Of a DNA stretch of 64,000 bases, positions 24,378-36,330 are shown one piece after another (within the stretch, counting starts at the first letter, position 1; every line of letters starts with the position of its first letter). The notes under the pieces are model-generated. The model was given only the letters and a program-made list of their open reading frames with translations, was not told the origin of the DNA and searched no databases. Position numbers and translations under genes: made by a program. The stretch is from Ranitomeya imitator (Eukaryota). The DNA lies in contig NC_091285.1 in NCBI RefSeq assembly GCF_032444005.1, positions 56,296,001-56,360,000 on the forward strand. Reading direction: 5' to 3'.

Positions 24378-27375
24378 TGGTTCCAGGGGTACACGGCCAG
24401 CAGTGCCCTGGTCAGTGTAGTAGTAGTTGAAAGAATGGACCGCAGACAGGCATCGAAGGCCTAAAATAATAACACATGGCTGTAGGCAATTTTAAATTGG
24501 TTCCAGGGGTACACGGACAGCAGTGGTGTGGTCAGTGGAGGCCTAGTGGAAGGAGTGACCGCAGACAGGCATCGAAGGCCTAAAATAATAACACATGGCT
24601 GTAGGCAATTTTAAATTGGTTCCAGGGGTACACGGGCAGCAGTGACCTGGTCAGTGTAGTAGTAGTTGAAAGAATGGACCGCAGACAGGCATCGAAGGCC
24701 TAAAATAAAAAAATTGGGCTGGCTGTAGGCAATTTTAAATTGGTTCCAGGGGTACACGGGCAGCAGTGGTGTGGTCAGTGGAGGCCTAGTGGAAGGAGTG
24801 ACCGCAGACAGGCATCGAAGGCCTAAAATAATAACACATGGCTGTAGGCAATTTTAAATTGGTTCCAGGGGTACACGGGCAGCAGTGACCTGGTCAGTGT
24901 AGTAGTAGTTGAAAAAATGGACCGCAGACAGGCATCGAATGCCTAAAATAATAACACATGGCTGTAGGCAATTTTAAATTGGTTCCAGGGGTACACGGGC
25001 AGCAGTGACCTGGTCAGTGTAGTAGTAGTTGAAAGAATGGACCGCAGACAGGCATCGAAGGCCTAAAATAAAAAAATTGGGCTGGCTGTAGGCAATTTTA
25101 AATTGGTTCCAGGGGTACACGGACAGCAGTGGTGTGGTCAGTGGAGGCCTAGTGGAAGGAGTGACCGCAGACAGGCATCGAAGGCCTAAAATAATAACAC
25201 ATGGCTGTAGGCAATTTTAAATTGGTTCCAGGGGTACACGGACAGCAGTGACCTGGTCAGTGTAGTAGTAGTTGAAAGAATGGACCGCAGACAGGCATCG
25301 AAGGCCTAAAATAAAAAAATTGGGCTGGCTGTAGGCAATTTTAAATTGGTTCCAGGGGTACACGGGCAGCAGTGGTGTGGTCAGTGGAGGCCTAGTGGAA
25401 GGAGTGACCGCAGACAGGCATCGAAGGCCTAAAATAATAACACATGGCTGTAGGCAATTTTAAATTGGTTCCAGGGGTACACGGACAGCAGTGGTGTGGT
25501 CAGTGGAGGCCTAGTGGAAGGAGTGACCGCAGACAGGCATCGAAGGCCTAAAATAATAACACATGGCTGTAGGCAATTTTAAATTGGTTCCAGGGGTACA
25601 CGGACAGCAGTGACCTGGTCAGTGTAGTAGTAGTTGAAAGAATGGACCGCAGACAGGCATCGAAGGCCTAAAATAAAAAAATTGGGCTGGCTGTAGGCAA
25701 TTTTAAATTGGTTCCAGGGGTACACGGACAGCAGTGGTGTGGTCAGTGGAGGCCTAGTGGAAGGAGTGACCGCAGACAGGCATCGAAGGCCTAAAATAAT
25801 AACACATGGCTGTAGGCAATTTTAAATTGGTTCCAGGGGTACACGGACAGCAGTGGTGTGGTCAGTGGAGGCCTAGTGGAAGGAGTGACCGCAGACAGGC
25901 ATCGAAGGCCTAAAATAATAACACATGGCTGTAGGCAATTTTAAATTGGTTCCAGGGGTACACGGACAGCAGTGACCTGGTCAGTGTAGTAGTAGTTGAA
26001 AGAATGGACCGCAGACAGGCATCGAAGGCCTAAAATAAAAAAATTGGGCTGGCTGTAGGCAATTTTAAATTGGTTCCAGGGGTACACGGGCAGCAGTGGT
26101 GTGGTCAGTGGAGGCCTAGTGGAAGGAGTGACCGCAGACAGGCATCGAAGGCCTAAAATAATAACACATGGCTGTAGGCAATTTTAAATTGGTTCCAGGG
26201 GTACACGGACAGCAGTGGTGTGGTCAGTGGAGGCCTAGTGGAAGGAGTGACCGCAGACAGGCATCGAAGGCCTAAAATAATAACACATGGCTGTAGGCAA
26301 TTTTAAATTGGTTCCAGGGGTACACGGACAGCAGTGACCTGGTCAGTGTAGTAGTAGTTGAAAGAATGGACCGCAGACAGGCATCGAAGGCCTAAAATAA
26401 AAAAATTGGGCTGGCTGTAGGCAATTTTAAATTGGTTCCAGGGGTACACGGGCAGCAGTGGTGTGGTCAGTGGAGGCCTAGTGGAAGGAGTGACCGCAGA
26501 CAGGCATCGAAGGCCTAAAATAATAACACATGGCTGTAGGCAATTTTAAATTGGTTCCAGGGGTACACGGACAGCAGTGGTGTGGTCAGTGGAGGCCTAG
26601 TGGAAGGAGTGACCGCAGACAGGCATCGAAGGCCTAAAATAATAACACATGGCTGTAGGCAATTTTAAATTGGTTCCAGGGGTACACGGACAGCAGTGAC
26701 CTGGTCAGTGTAGTAGTAGTTGAAAGAATGGACCGCAGACAGGCATCGAAGGCCTAAAATAAAAAAATTGGGCTGGCTGTAGGCAATTTTAAATTGGTTC
26801 CAGGGGTACACGGACAGCAGTGGTGTGGTCAGTGGAGGCCTAGTGGAAGGAGTGACCGCAGACAGGCATCGAAGGCCTAAAATAATAACACATGGCTGTA
26901 GGCAATTTTAAATTGGTTCCAGGGGTACACGGACAGCAGTGGTGTGGTCAGTGGAGGCCTAGTGGAAGGAGTGACCGCAGACAGGCATCGAAGGCCTAAA
27001 ATAATAACACATGGCTGTAGGCAATTTTAAATTGGTTCCAGGGGTACACGGACAGCAGTGACCTGGTCAGTGTAGTAGTAGTTGAAAGAATGGACCGCAG
27101 ACAGGCATCGAAGGCCTAAAATAAAAAAATTGGGCTGGCTGTAGGCAATTTTAAATTGGTTCCAGGGGTACACGGGCAGCAGTGGTGTGGTCAGTGGAGG
27201 CCTAGTGGAAGGAGTGACGGCAGACAGTCTTCGAAGGCCTAACATAACAAAATTGGGCTGACTGTAGGCACTTTTAAATTGGTTCCAGGGTAACACGGCC
27301 AGCAGTGGCCTGGTCAGTGTAGTAGTTGTAGAAAGAAGGGACCGCAGACAGGCTTCGAAGGCCTAACATAACAAA
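24378..27375. repeat. 119/124-bp satellite array inside the hAT (about 25 units) with a 362-bp higher-order repeat
   Basis: Two monomer types, X (124 bp) and Y (119 bp). X starts at 25226, 25588, 25950, 26312, 26674 and 27036. Confidence 0.95.
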
Positions 27376-27834
27376 AATGTCAAAACAATGGTATTGTCAG
27401 TGCCAGGCATTGAAGGATGTCAGCGGCTAGACTACACATTGGTGAAGCTGTGAGAGATAATTTTGCTAGTGGTAGAGCACTGTTTGAGCTGGGGGGGGAA
27501 CTGTCTTGTGGCCGGCGGTACAGGCACAGGGCCCCTCATATTACAACGGTGTGTCTGACGTTGGGTGCGCACCACCACCGCCAGAGACACTTTATTGTAC
27601 TATGAGGGACCCAGTGGCAGTGCCGTCGACCAAAAGCGGCCACACCCACCTCTTCAGACAAACAGCACTCTCAAGGGTCCAAGCGCAAAGTGGCGATAGC
27701 ACGGCCCCGTGTGGGGAGTTTGGCCATTTCGTGAGGTGGAAACATGTCGTATGCTGGACAATCAGGTGAAGAAAATTACGAGATTGGAAAAGTCATTCAG
27801 AATAGTCCACAGGCAAGACCTTTTCATAGGAAAG

Positions 27835-30800
27835 CTAGGTGTCAGCCGGGCAGGGTGGGGCAAAAGATTTTGAAATCCAGTTGTGGTTCATTTTAATGAA
27901 GGTTAGATCATCTACATTTTGGGTAGCCAGACGAGTCCTTTTTTCTGTTAGTATTGAACCTGCAGCACTGAATACTCTTTCTGATAGGACACTAGCTGCC
28001 GGGCAAGCAAGCTCCTGCAATGCATATTCTGCCAATTCTGGCCAGGTGTCTAATTTGGATGCCCAGTAATCAAATGGGAATGACGGTTGAGGGAGAACGT
28101 CGATAAGGGATGAAAAATAGTTTGTAACCATACTGGACAAATGTTGTCTCCTGTCACTTTGAATTGATGCTGCAGTACCTGTCCTGTCTGCGGTCATAGA
28201 AAAATCACTCCACAACCTGGTCAGAAAACCCCTCTGTCCAACGCCACTTCTGATTTCTGCCCCTCTAACACCTCTGGTCTGCTGGCCCCTGGAGCTCGTG
28301 TGAGAACGATCACGGGCGCTGTGTGCAGGGAATGCCAGAAGCAAACGGTCAACAAGAGTTGATTGTTTTGTTGCTAATATTAGTTCCAAGTTCTCATGTG
28401 GCATAATATTTTGCAATTTGCCTTTATAGCGAGGATCAAGGAGGCAGGCCAACCAGTAATCGTCATCGTTCATCATTTTTGTAATGCGTGTGTCCCTTTT
28501 GAGGATACACAAGGCATAATCCGCCATGTGGGCCAAAGTTCCCGTTGTCAAATCTGCGGTTGTGCTTGGTTGAGGGGCAGTTGCAGGCAAATCTACGTCA
28601 CTTGTGTCCCTCAAAAAACCAGAACCCGGCCTTGCCACGCCACCAATTTCCCGTGCCCCCGGGAAAGCTTCCTCATTAAAAATATACTCATCCCCATCAT
28701 CCTCCTCATCCTCCACCTCCTCTTCGCCCGGTACCTCGTCATGTACACTGCCCTGACCAGACAATCGCTGACTGTCATCAAGGCTTTCCTCTTCCTCTGG
28801 TGCAGACGCCTGATCCTTTATGTGCGTCAAACTTTGCATCAGCAGACGCATTAGGGGGATGCTCATGCTTATTATGGCGTTGTCTGCACTAACCAGCCGT
28901 GTGCATTCCTCAAAACACTGAAGGACTTGACACATGTCTTGAATCTTCGACCACTGCACACCTGACAACTCCATGTCTGCCATCCTACTGCCTGCCCGTG
29001 TATGTGTATCCTCCCACAAAAACATAACAGCCCGCCTCTGTTCGCACAGTCTCTGAAGCATGTGCAGTGTTGAGTTCCACCTTGTTGCAACGTCTATGAT
29101 TAGGCGATGCTGGGGAAGGTTCAAAGAACGCTGATAGGTCTGCATACGGCTGGAGTGTACAGGCGAACGGCGGATATGTGCGCAAAGTCCACGCACTTTG
29201 AGGAGCAGGTCGGATAACCCCGGATAACTTTTCAGGAAGCACTGCACCACCAGGTTTAAGGTGTGAGCCAGGCAAGGAATGTGTTTCAGTTGGGAAAGGG
29301 AGATGGCAGCCATGAAATTCCTTCCGTTATCACTCACTACCTTGCCTGCCTCAAGATCTACAGTGCCCAGCCACGACTGCGTTTCTTGCTGCAAGAACTC
29401 GGACAGAACTTCCGCGGTGTGTCTATTGTCGCCCAAACACTTCATAGCCAATACAGCCTGCTGACGTATGCCAGTAGCTGCCCCATAATGGGAGACCTGG
29501 TGTGCAACAGTGGCAGGTGCGGATGGAGTGTTTGTGCGACTGCGGTCTGTGGACGAGCTCTTGCTTCTGCAGGAGGACGAGGAGGAGGAGGAGGAGGGGG
29601 TGCGAACGGCTACAGACAACTGTTTACTAGACCGTGGGCTAGGCAGAACTGTCCCAAACTTGCTGTCCCCTGTGGACCCTGAATCCACCACATTTACCCA
29701 GTGTGCCGTGATGGACACGTAACGTCCCTGGCCATGCCTACTGGTCCATGCATCTGTTGTCAGGTGCACCTTTGTGCTCACAGATTGCCTGAGTGCATGG
29801 ACGATGCGCTCTTTAACATGCTGGTGGAGGGCTGGGATGGCTTTTCTGGAAAAAAAGTGTCGACTGGGTAGCTCGTAGCGTGGTACAGCGTAGTCCATCA
29901 GGTCTTTGAAAGCTTCGCTTTCAACTAACCGGTAGGGCATCATCTCTAACGAGATTAGTCTAGCTATGTGGGCGTTCAAACCCTGTGTACGCGGATGCGA
30001 GGCTAAGTATTTCCTTTTTCTAACCATAGTCTCATGTAGGGTGAGCTGGACTGGAGAGCTGGAGATCGTGGAACTAGCGGGGGTGCCGGTGGACATGGCA
30101 GACTGAGAGACGGTGGGAGATGGTATTGTTGCCGCCGGTGCCCTAGATGCAGTGTTTCCTACTACGAAACTGGTGATTCCCTGACCCTGACTGCTTTGGC
30201 CTGGCAAAGATACCTGCACAGATACAGCAGGTGGTGCGCTAAATGGTGGTCCTACACTGCCGGAAGGGATGTTGCGTTGATGACTAGCTTCATTGGCCGA
30301 GGGTGCAACAACCTTAAGGGACGTTTGGTAGTTAGTCCAAGCTTTCAAATGCATGGTGGTTAAATGTCTATGCATGCAACTAGTATTGAGACTTTTCAGA
30401 TTCTGACCTCTGCTTAAGGAAGTAGAACATTTTTGACAGATGACTTTGCGCTGATCAATTGGATGTTGTTTAAAAAAATGCCAGACTGCACTCTTTCTAG
30501 CATCGGATACCTTTTCAGGCATTGCAGACTGAGCTTTAACCGGATGGCCACGCTGTCCTCCACCAGGTTTTGGCTTTGCCACGCGTTTTGGGCAAGATAC
30601 GGGCCCGGCAGATGGAACCTGTGGCGATGTTGATGCCTGCTGCGGCCCCTCCTCCTCCTCTGCTTCAGAACTGCTGCCGCCTGCACCCTGTTCCCCCAAT
30701 GGCTGCCAATCGGGGTCAAGAACTGGGTCATCTAATAACTCTTCTTGTACCTCCTGCGCAACTTCGTCTGTGTCACCGTGTCGTTCGGTGGTATAGCGTT

Positions 30801-31410
30801 CGTGATGGGGCAACATAGTCTCATCAGGGTCTGATTCTTGATCAGCACCCTGCGAGGGCAATGTTGTGGTCTGAGTCAAAGGACCAGCATAGTAGTCTGG
30901 CTGTGGCTGTGCGTCAGTGCACTCCATGTCAGATTCAATTTGTAATGGGCATGGACTGTTAACTGCTTCACTTTCTAAGCCAGGGACGGTATGTGTAAAG
31001 AGCTCCATGGAGTAACCCGTTGTGTCGCCTGCTGCATTCTTCTCTGTTGTTGTTTTTGCTGAAGAGGACAAGGAAGTGACTTGTCCCTGAACGTGAACAT
31101 CCACTAACGACGCGCTGCTTTTACTTTTACCAGTTTCACGAGATGAGGCAAAAGAGCTAGAGGCTGAGTCAGCAAGATAAGCCAAAACTTGCTCTTGCTG
31201 CTCCGGCTTTAAAAGCGGTTTTCCTAATCCCAGAAAAGGGAGCGTTCGAGGCCTTGTGTAGCCGGACGACGAACCTGGCTCCACAGCTCCAGACTTAGGT
31301 GCAATATTTTTTCCCCCACGACCACCTGATGCTCCACCACTACCACTACCCTCATTACCAGCTGACAATGAACGCCCCCGGCCACGACCTCTTCCACTAG
31401 ACTTCCTCAT
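27835..31410 (-). CDS. hAT transposase (BED zinc finger, DDE core, hATC dimerisation domain), 1191 aa
   Basis: BED finger SAVWHFF...C..C...H....H; LTTDAW, VSDNGRN, CLAHTLNL (CxxH), SERVFS; C-terminal RLATQNVDDLTFIKMN. No stops. Confidence 0.94.
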   Translation of the reverse strand: MRKSSGRGRGRGRSLSAGNEGSGSGGASGGRGGKNIAPKSGAVEPGSSSGYTRPRTLPFLGLGKPLLKPEQQEQVLAYLADSASSSFASSRETGKSKSSASLVDVHVQGQVTSLSSSAKTTTEKNAAGDTTGYSMELFTHTVPGLESEAVNSPCPLQIESDMECTDAQPQPDYYAGPLTQTTTLPSQGADQESDPDETMLPHHERYTTERHGDTDEVAQEVQEELLDDPVLDPDWQPLGEQGAGGSSSEAEEEEGPQQASTSPQVPSAGPVSCPKRVAKPKPGGGQRGHPVKAQSAMPEKVSDARKSAVWHFFKQHPIDQRKVICQKCSTSLSRGQNLKSLNTSCMHRHLTTMHLKAWTNYQTSLKVVAPSANEASHQRNIPSGSVGPPFSAPPAVSVQVSLPGQSSQGQGITSFVVGNTASRAPAATIPSPTVSQSAMSTGTPASSTISSSPVQLTLHETMVRKRKYLASHPRTQGLNAHIARLISLEMMPYRLVESEAFKDLMDYAVPRYELPSRHFFSRKAIPALHQHVKERIVHALRQSVSTKVHLTTDAWTSRHGQGRYVSITAHWVNVVDSGSTGDSKFGTVLPSPRSSKQLSVAVRTPSSSSSSSSCRSKSSSTDRSRTNTPSAPATVAHQVSHYGAATGIRQQAVLAMKCLGDNRHTAEVLSEFLQQETQSWLGTVDLEAGKVVSDNGRNFMAAISLSQLKHIPCLAHTLNLVVQCFLKSYPGLSDLLLKVRGLCAHIRRSPVHSSRMQTYQRSLNLPQHRLIIDVATRWNSTLHMLQRLCEQRRAVMFLWEDTHTRAGSRMADMELSGVQWSKIQDMCQVLQCFEECTRLVSADNAIISMSIPLMRLLMQSLTHIKDQASAPEEEESLDDSQRLSGQGSVHDEVPGEEEVEDEEDDGDEYIFNEEAFPGAREIGGVARPGSGFLRDTSDVDLPATAPQPSTTADLTTGTLAHMADYALCILKRDTRITKMMNDDDYWLACLLDPRYKGKLQNIMPHENLELILATKQSTLVDRLLLAFPAHSARDRSHTSSRGQQTRGVRGAEIRSGVGQRGFLTRLWSDFSMTADRTGTAASIQSDRRQHLSSMVTNYFSSLIDVLPQPSFPFDYWASKLDTWPELAEYALQELACPAASVLSERVFSAAGSILTEKRTRLATQNVDDLTFIKMNHNWISKSFAPPCPADT

Positions 31411-31649
31411 TGTTTTAAAAACGTAACCAAACTAACGTTATTTGTTGCAGTCACACAACTTACACGGTGAGCTATAACTTCAGTATGATTTAGCTACCCC
31501 TTTACAGGTTGGTGAGACCACAGCGAAAATCAGGCCCAATGTTACACACTCTTTTTTTGGTGGCTGCAAATTAGAGAGATGCCCCACACGCAGGACTGTC
31601 ACTGAAGCACAAATGTTAATATTAATGTCACACTATTATTTTTTTTTTA

Positions 31650-32310
31650 TTTTTTTTTTTTTCAGGAACACTTTAGAAACCCCCCCAAAAAAAAAAAATA
31701 GATTTTTGCAGGGAGAATTTAGAAAACAAATGTAACAAACTATATGCTTTCTATGGGCCACTGAGTGAGAGATGACGCACACAGGAATCAGGAGTGGCAC
31801 ACAAGCCCAGAGGCCAATATTTTTCTACCAATGATTGATGGAGTTATTTTCTCTGGTAGATTTTGGAACCCAAATCAAGGAAAAAAAATGTAGGCTTTCT
31901 ATGGACCACAATTGGAGAGAGAGAGAGAGAGAGATGGCACACCCAGGAGTCAAGACTGGCACACAAGCAGAAAGGCCAATATTAATCTCCCACTGTTTTT
32001 TTTTTTTTTTTTTTTTTTTCAGGGAGACTTTAGAAAAAAAAATAATAAAAAAAATATGATTTTATCAGGAAGAATTTAGAAACCAAATAAAATAAAATGA
32101 TTTTTTCAGGGAGAATTTATAAAACAAATAAAAACAAAAATAGGCGTTCTATGGCCCACTGACTGAGAGATGACGCACACAGGAGTCAGGAGTGGCACAC
32201 AAACCCAGAGGCCAATATTTTTCTACCAATGATTGATGTAGTTATTTTCTCTGGTAGATTTTAGAACCCAAATCAAGGAAAAAAAATATAGGCTTTCTAT
32301 GGACCACAAT

Positions 32311-32367
<57 letters not shown>

Positions 32368-33689
32368 CACCCAGGAGTCAAGACTGGCACACAAGCAGAA
32401 AGGCCAATATTAATCTCCCACTGTTTTTTTTGGTTGTTTTTTTTTTTTTTTTTTTCAGGGAGACTTTAGAAAAAAAAATAATAAAAAAAATATGATTTTA
32501 TCAGGAAGAATTTAGAAACCAAATAAAATAAAATGATTTTTTCAGGGAGAATTTATAAAACAAATAAAACCAAAAATAGGCGTTCTATGGCCCACTGACT
32601 GAGAGATGACGCACCCAGGAGTCAAGACTGGCACACAAGCAGAAAGGCCAATATTAATCTCCCACTGTTTTTTTTGGTTGTTTTTTTTTTTTTTTTTTCA
32701 GGGAGACTTTAGAAAAAAAAATAATAAAAAAAATATGATTTTATCAGGAAGAATTTAGAAACCAAATAAAATAAAATGATTTTTTCAGGGAGAATTTATA
32801 AAACAAATAAAACCAAAAATAGGCGTTCTATGGCCCACTGACTGAGAGATGACGCACCCAGGAGTCAAGACTGGCACACAAGCAGAAAGGCCAATATTAA
32901 TCTCCCACTGTTTTTTTTTTTTTTTTTCAGGGAGACTTTAGAAAAAAAAATAATAAAAAAAATATGATTTTATCAGGAAGAATTTAGAAACCAAATAAAA
33001 TAAAATGATTTTTTCAGGGAGAATTTATAAAACAAATAAAACCAAAAATAGGCGTTCTATGGCCCACTGACTGAGAGATGACGCACCCAGGAGTCAAGAC
33101 TGGCACACAAGCAGAAAGGCCAATATTAATCTCCCACTGTTTTTTTTGGTTGTTTTTTTTTTTTTTTTTTCAGGGAGACTTTAGAAAAAAAAATAATAAA
33201 AAAAATATGATTTTATCAGGAAGAATTTAGAAACCAAATAAAATAAAATGATTTTTTCAGGGAGAATTTATAAAACAAATAAAACCAAAAATAGGCGTTC
33301 TATGGCCCACTGACTGAGAGATGACGCACCCAGGAGTCAAGACTGGCACACAAGCAGAAAGGCCAATATTAATCTCCCACTGTTTTTTTTTTTTTTTTCA
33401 GGGAGACTTTAGAAAAAAAAATAATAAAAAAAATATGATTTTATCAGGAAGAATTTAGAAACCAAATAAAATAAAATGATTTTTTCAGGGAGAATTTAGA
33501 AAACAAATAAAACCAAAAATAGGCGTTCTATGGCCCACTGACTGAGAGATGACGCACACAGGAGTCAGGAGTGGCACACAAACCCAGAGGCCAATATTTT
33601 TCTACCAATGATTGATGTAGTTATTTTCTCTGGTAGATTTTAGAACCCAAATCAAGGAAAAAAAATATAGGCTTTCTATGGACCACAAT

Positions 33690-33736
<47 letters not shown>

Positions 33737-35660
33737 CACCCAGGAGTCAAGACTGGCACACAAGCAGAAAGGCCAATATTAATCTCCCACTGTTTTTTTG
33801 GTTGTTTTTTTTTTTTTTTTTTCAGGGAGACTTTAGAAATAAAAATAATAAAAAAAATATGATTTTATCAGGAAGAATTTAGAAACCAAATAAAATAAAA
33901 TGATTTTTTCAGGGAGAATTTAGAAAACAAATAAAACCAAAAATATGCGTTCTATGGCCCACTGACTGAGAGAGAGAGAGAGATGGAACGCTTAGTACTG
34001 GCACACAAGCCCAAAGGGCAATATTAATCTCCCTTTGTTTTTCCAGGGAGAATTTCTGAAACCCAAAAAAAAAATAAAATAGGCTTTCTATGGCCCACTA
34101 TTTGTGAGAGAGATGGGACGCTCAGGACTGGCACAGATGGCACGCTCAGGACTGGCACAGAAGCCCAGAGGCCAATATTAATCTCCCTTTTTTTCTGGGA
34201 GAATTTATAAAACCAAAAAAATATTTAAATAGGCTTTCTATGGCCCACTATTTGTGAGAGAGATGGCACGCTCAGGACTGGCACAGATGGCACGCTCACA
34301 ACTGGCACACAAGCCCAGAGGCCAATATTAATCTCCCTTTTTTCAGGGAGAATTTCTAAAACCCAAAAAAAAAATAAAATAGGCTTTCTATGGCCCACTA
34401 TTTGTGAGAGAGATGGGACGCTCAGGACTGGCACAGATGGCACGCTCAGGACTGGCACAGAAGCCCAGAGGCCAATATTAATCTCCCTTTTTTTCTGGGA
34501 GAATTTATAAAACCAAAAAAATATTTAAATAGGCTTTCTATGGCCCACTATTTGTGAGAGAGATGGCACGCTCAGGACTGGCACAGATGGCACGCTCACA
34601 ACTGGCACACAAGCCCAGAGGCCAATATTAATCTCCCTTTTTTCAGGGAAAATTGATAAAACAAAAAAAAAAATTAAATAGGCTTTCTATGGCCCACTAT
34701 TTGTGAGAGAGATGGCACGCTCAGGGCTGGCTGGCACAGATGGCACGCTCAGGACTGGCACACAAGCCCAGAGGCCAATATTAATCTCCCTTTTTTTCTG
34801 GGAGAATTTATAAAACCAAAAAAATATTTAAATAGGCTTTCTATGGCCCACTATTTGTGAGAGAGATGGCACGCTCAGGACTGGCACAGATGGCACGCTC
34901 ACAACTGGCACACAAGCCCAGAGGCCAATATTAATCTCCCTTTTTTCAGGGAAAATTGATAAAACAAAAAAAAAAATTAAATAGGCTTTCTATGGCCCAC
35001 TATTTGTGAGAGAGATGGCACGCTCAGGGCTGGCTGGCACAGATGGCACGCTCAGGACTGGCACACAAGCCCAGAGGCCAATATTAATCTCCCTTTTTTT
35101 CTGGGAGAATTTATAAAACCAAAAAAATATTTAAATAGGCTTTCTATGGCCCACTATTTGTGAGAGAGATGGCACGCTCAGGACTGGCACAGATGGCACG
35201 CTCACAACTGGCACACAAGCCCAGAGGCCAATATTAATCTCCCTTTTTTCAGGGAAAATTTATAAAACAAAAAAAAAAATTAAATAGGCTTTCTATGGCC
35301 CACTATTTGTGAGAGAGATGGCACGCTCAGGGCTGGCACAGATGGCACGCTCAGGACTGGCACACAAGCCCAGAGGCCAATATTAATCTCCCTTTTTTTC
35401 AGGGAGAATTTATAAAACCAAAAAAAAAAATAAATAGGCTTTCTATGGCCCACTATTTGTGAGAGAGATGGCACACTCAGGACTGGCACACAAGCCCAAA
35501 GGCCAATATTAATCTCCCACTGTATTTTTATCAGGGAGAATTTATACACCCCACAAAAAAAAATACAGAAAAATGAAAAGGCTTTCTATGGCCCACTATG
35601 TGAGAGAGATGGCACACACAGGGATGGCACTCTAGCAGAAATGCCAAATTGCCAATCTTA
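31650..35660. repeat. Compound tandem arrays inside the hAT (~230-245-bp units, then ~150-bp units in ~300-bp dimers) with embedded (GA)n and T/A tracts
   Basis: GGCCAATATTAATCTCCC recurs at about 32402, 32646, 32889, 33118 and 33361. AGGCTTTCTATGGCCCAC recurs about every 150 bp from 34081 to 35580. Confidence 0.92.
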
Positions 35661-36159
35661 ATCTCCCACCAAAAAAAAAAAAAAAAAAAAAAACAGGGAA
35701 TGTCCTACAATTACTATCTCCCTGCCTGCAGTAATCTCAGCCAGGTATGGCAGGCAGCTACTATCTCCCTGCCTGCAGTAATCTCAGCCAGGTATGGCAG
35801 GCAGCAATAAGGAGTGGACTGATGCACAAATGAAATAAAAAGTGTGGACAAACAAAAAAGATAGCTGTGCAGAAAGGAAGGAACAAGAGGATTTGTGCTT
35901 TGAAAAAAGCAGTTGGTTTGCACAGCGGCGTACACACAGCAATGCAGCTATCAGGGAGCCTTCTAGGGCAGCCCAATGAGCTACAGCGCTGAGGGGAAAA
36001 AAAAAAAAAAAAAAACTTCCACTGTCCCTGCACACCGAGGGTGGTGTTGGACAGTGCAAATCGCTGCAGCACAAGCGGTTTTGTGGTTAATGGACCCTGC
36101 CTAACGCTATCCCTGCTTCTGACAAAGCGGCAGCAACCTCTCCCTAAGCTCAGATCAGC

Positions 36160-36330
36160 AGCAGTAAGATGGCGGTCGGCGGGAACGCCTCTTTATAGCC
36201 CCTGTGACGTCGCAGACAGCAAGCCAATCACTGCAATGCCCTTCTCTAAGATGGTGGGGACCAGGACCTATGTCATCACGCTGCCCACACTCTGCGTTTA
36301 CCTTCATTGGCTGAGAAATGGCGCTTTTCG
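36160..36330 (-). promoter_or_regulatory. Putative hAT transposase promoter
   Basis: CpG-rich. Minus-strand TATAAA at about 36193-36198; YY1-like AAGATGGCGG at 36167-36176; TGACGTC at about 36205; CCAAT boxes at about 36222 and 36306. Confidence 0.55.

Noticed and set aside
22716-27375. CRISPR-like regular repeats
   Set aside because: Vertebrate DNA, and the units are contiguous tandem monomers without unique spacers.
24378-27375. CTCF-like motifs (CCGCAGACAGGCAT, CAGCAGTGG) in the satellite units
   Set aside because: Several mismatches in the central core by eye; not supportable without a PWM scan.
27839-30818. Plus-strand ORFs antisense to the transposase
   Set aside because: Short shadow ORFs of a GC-balanced coding strand; no motifs.
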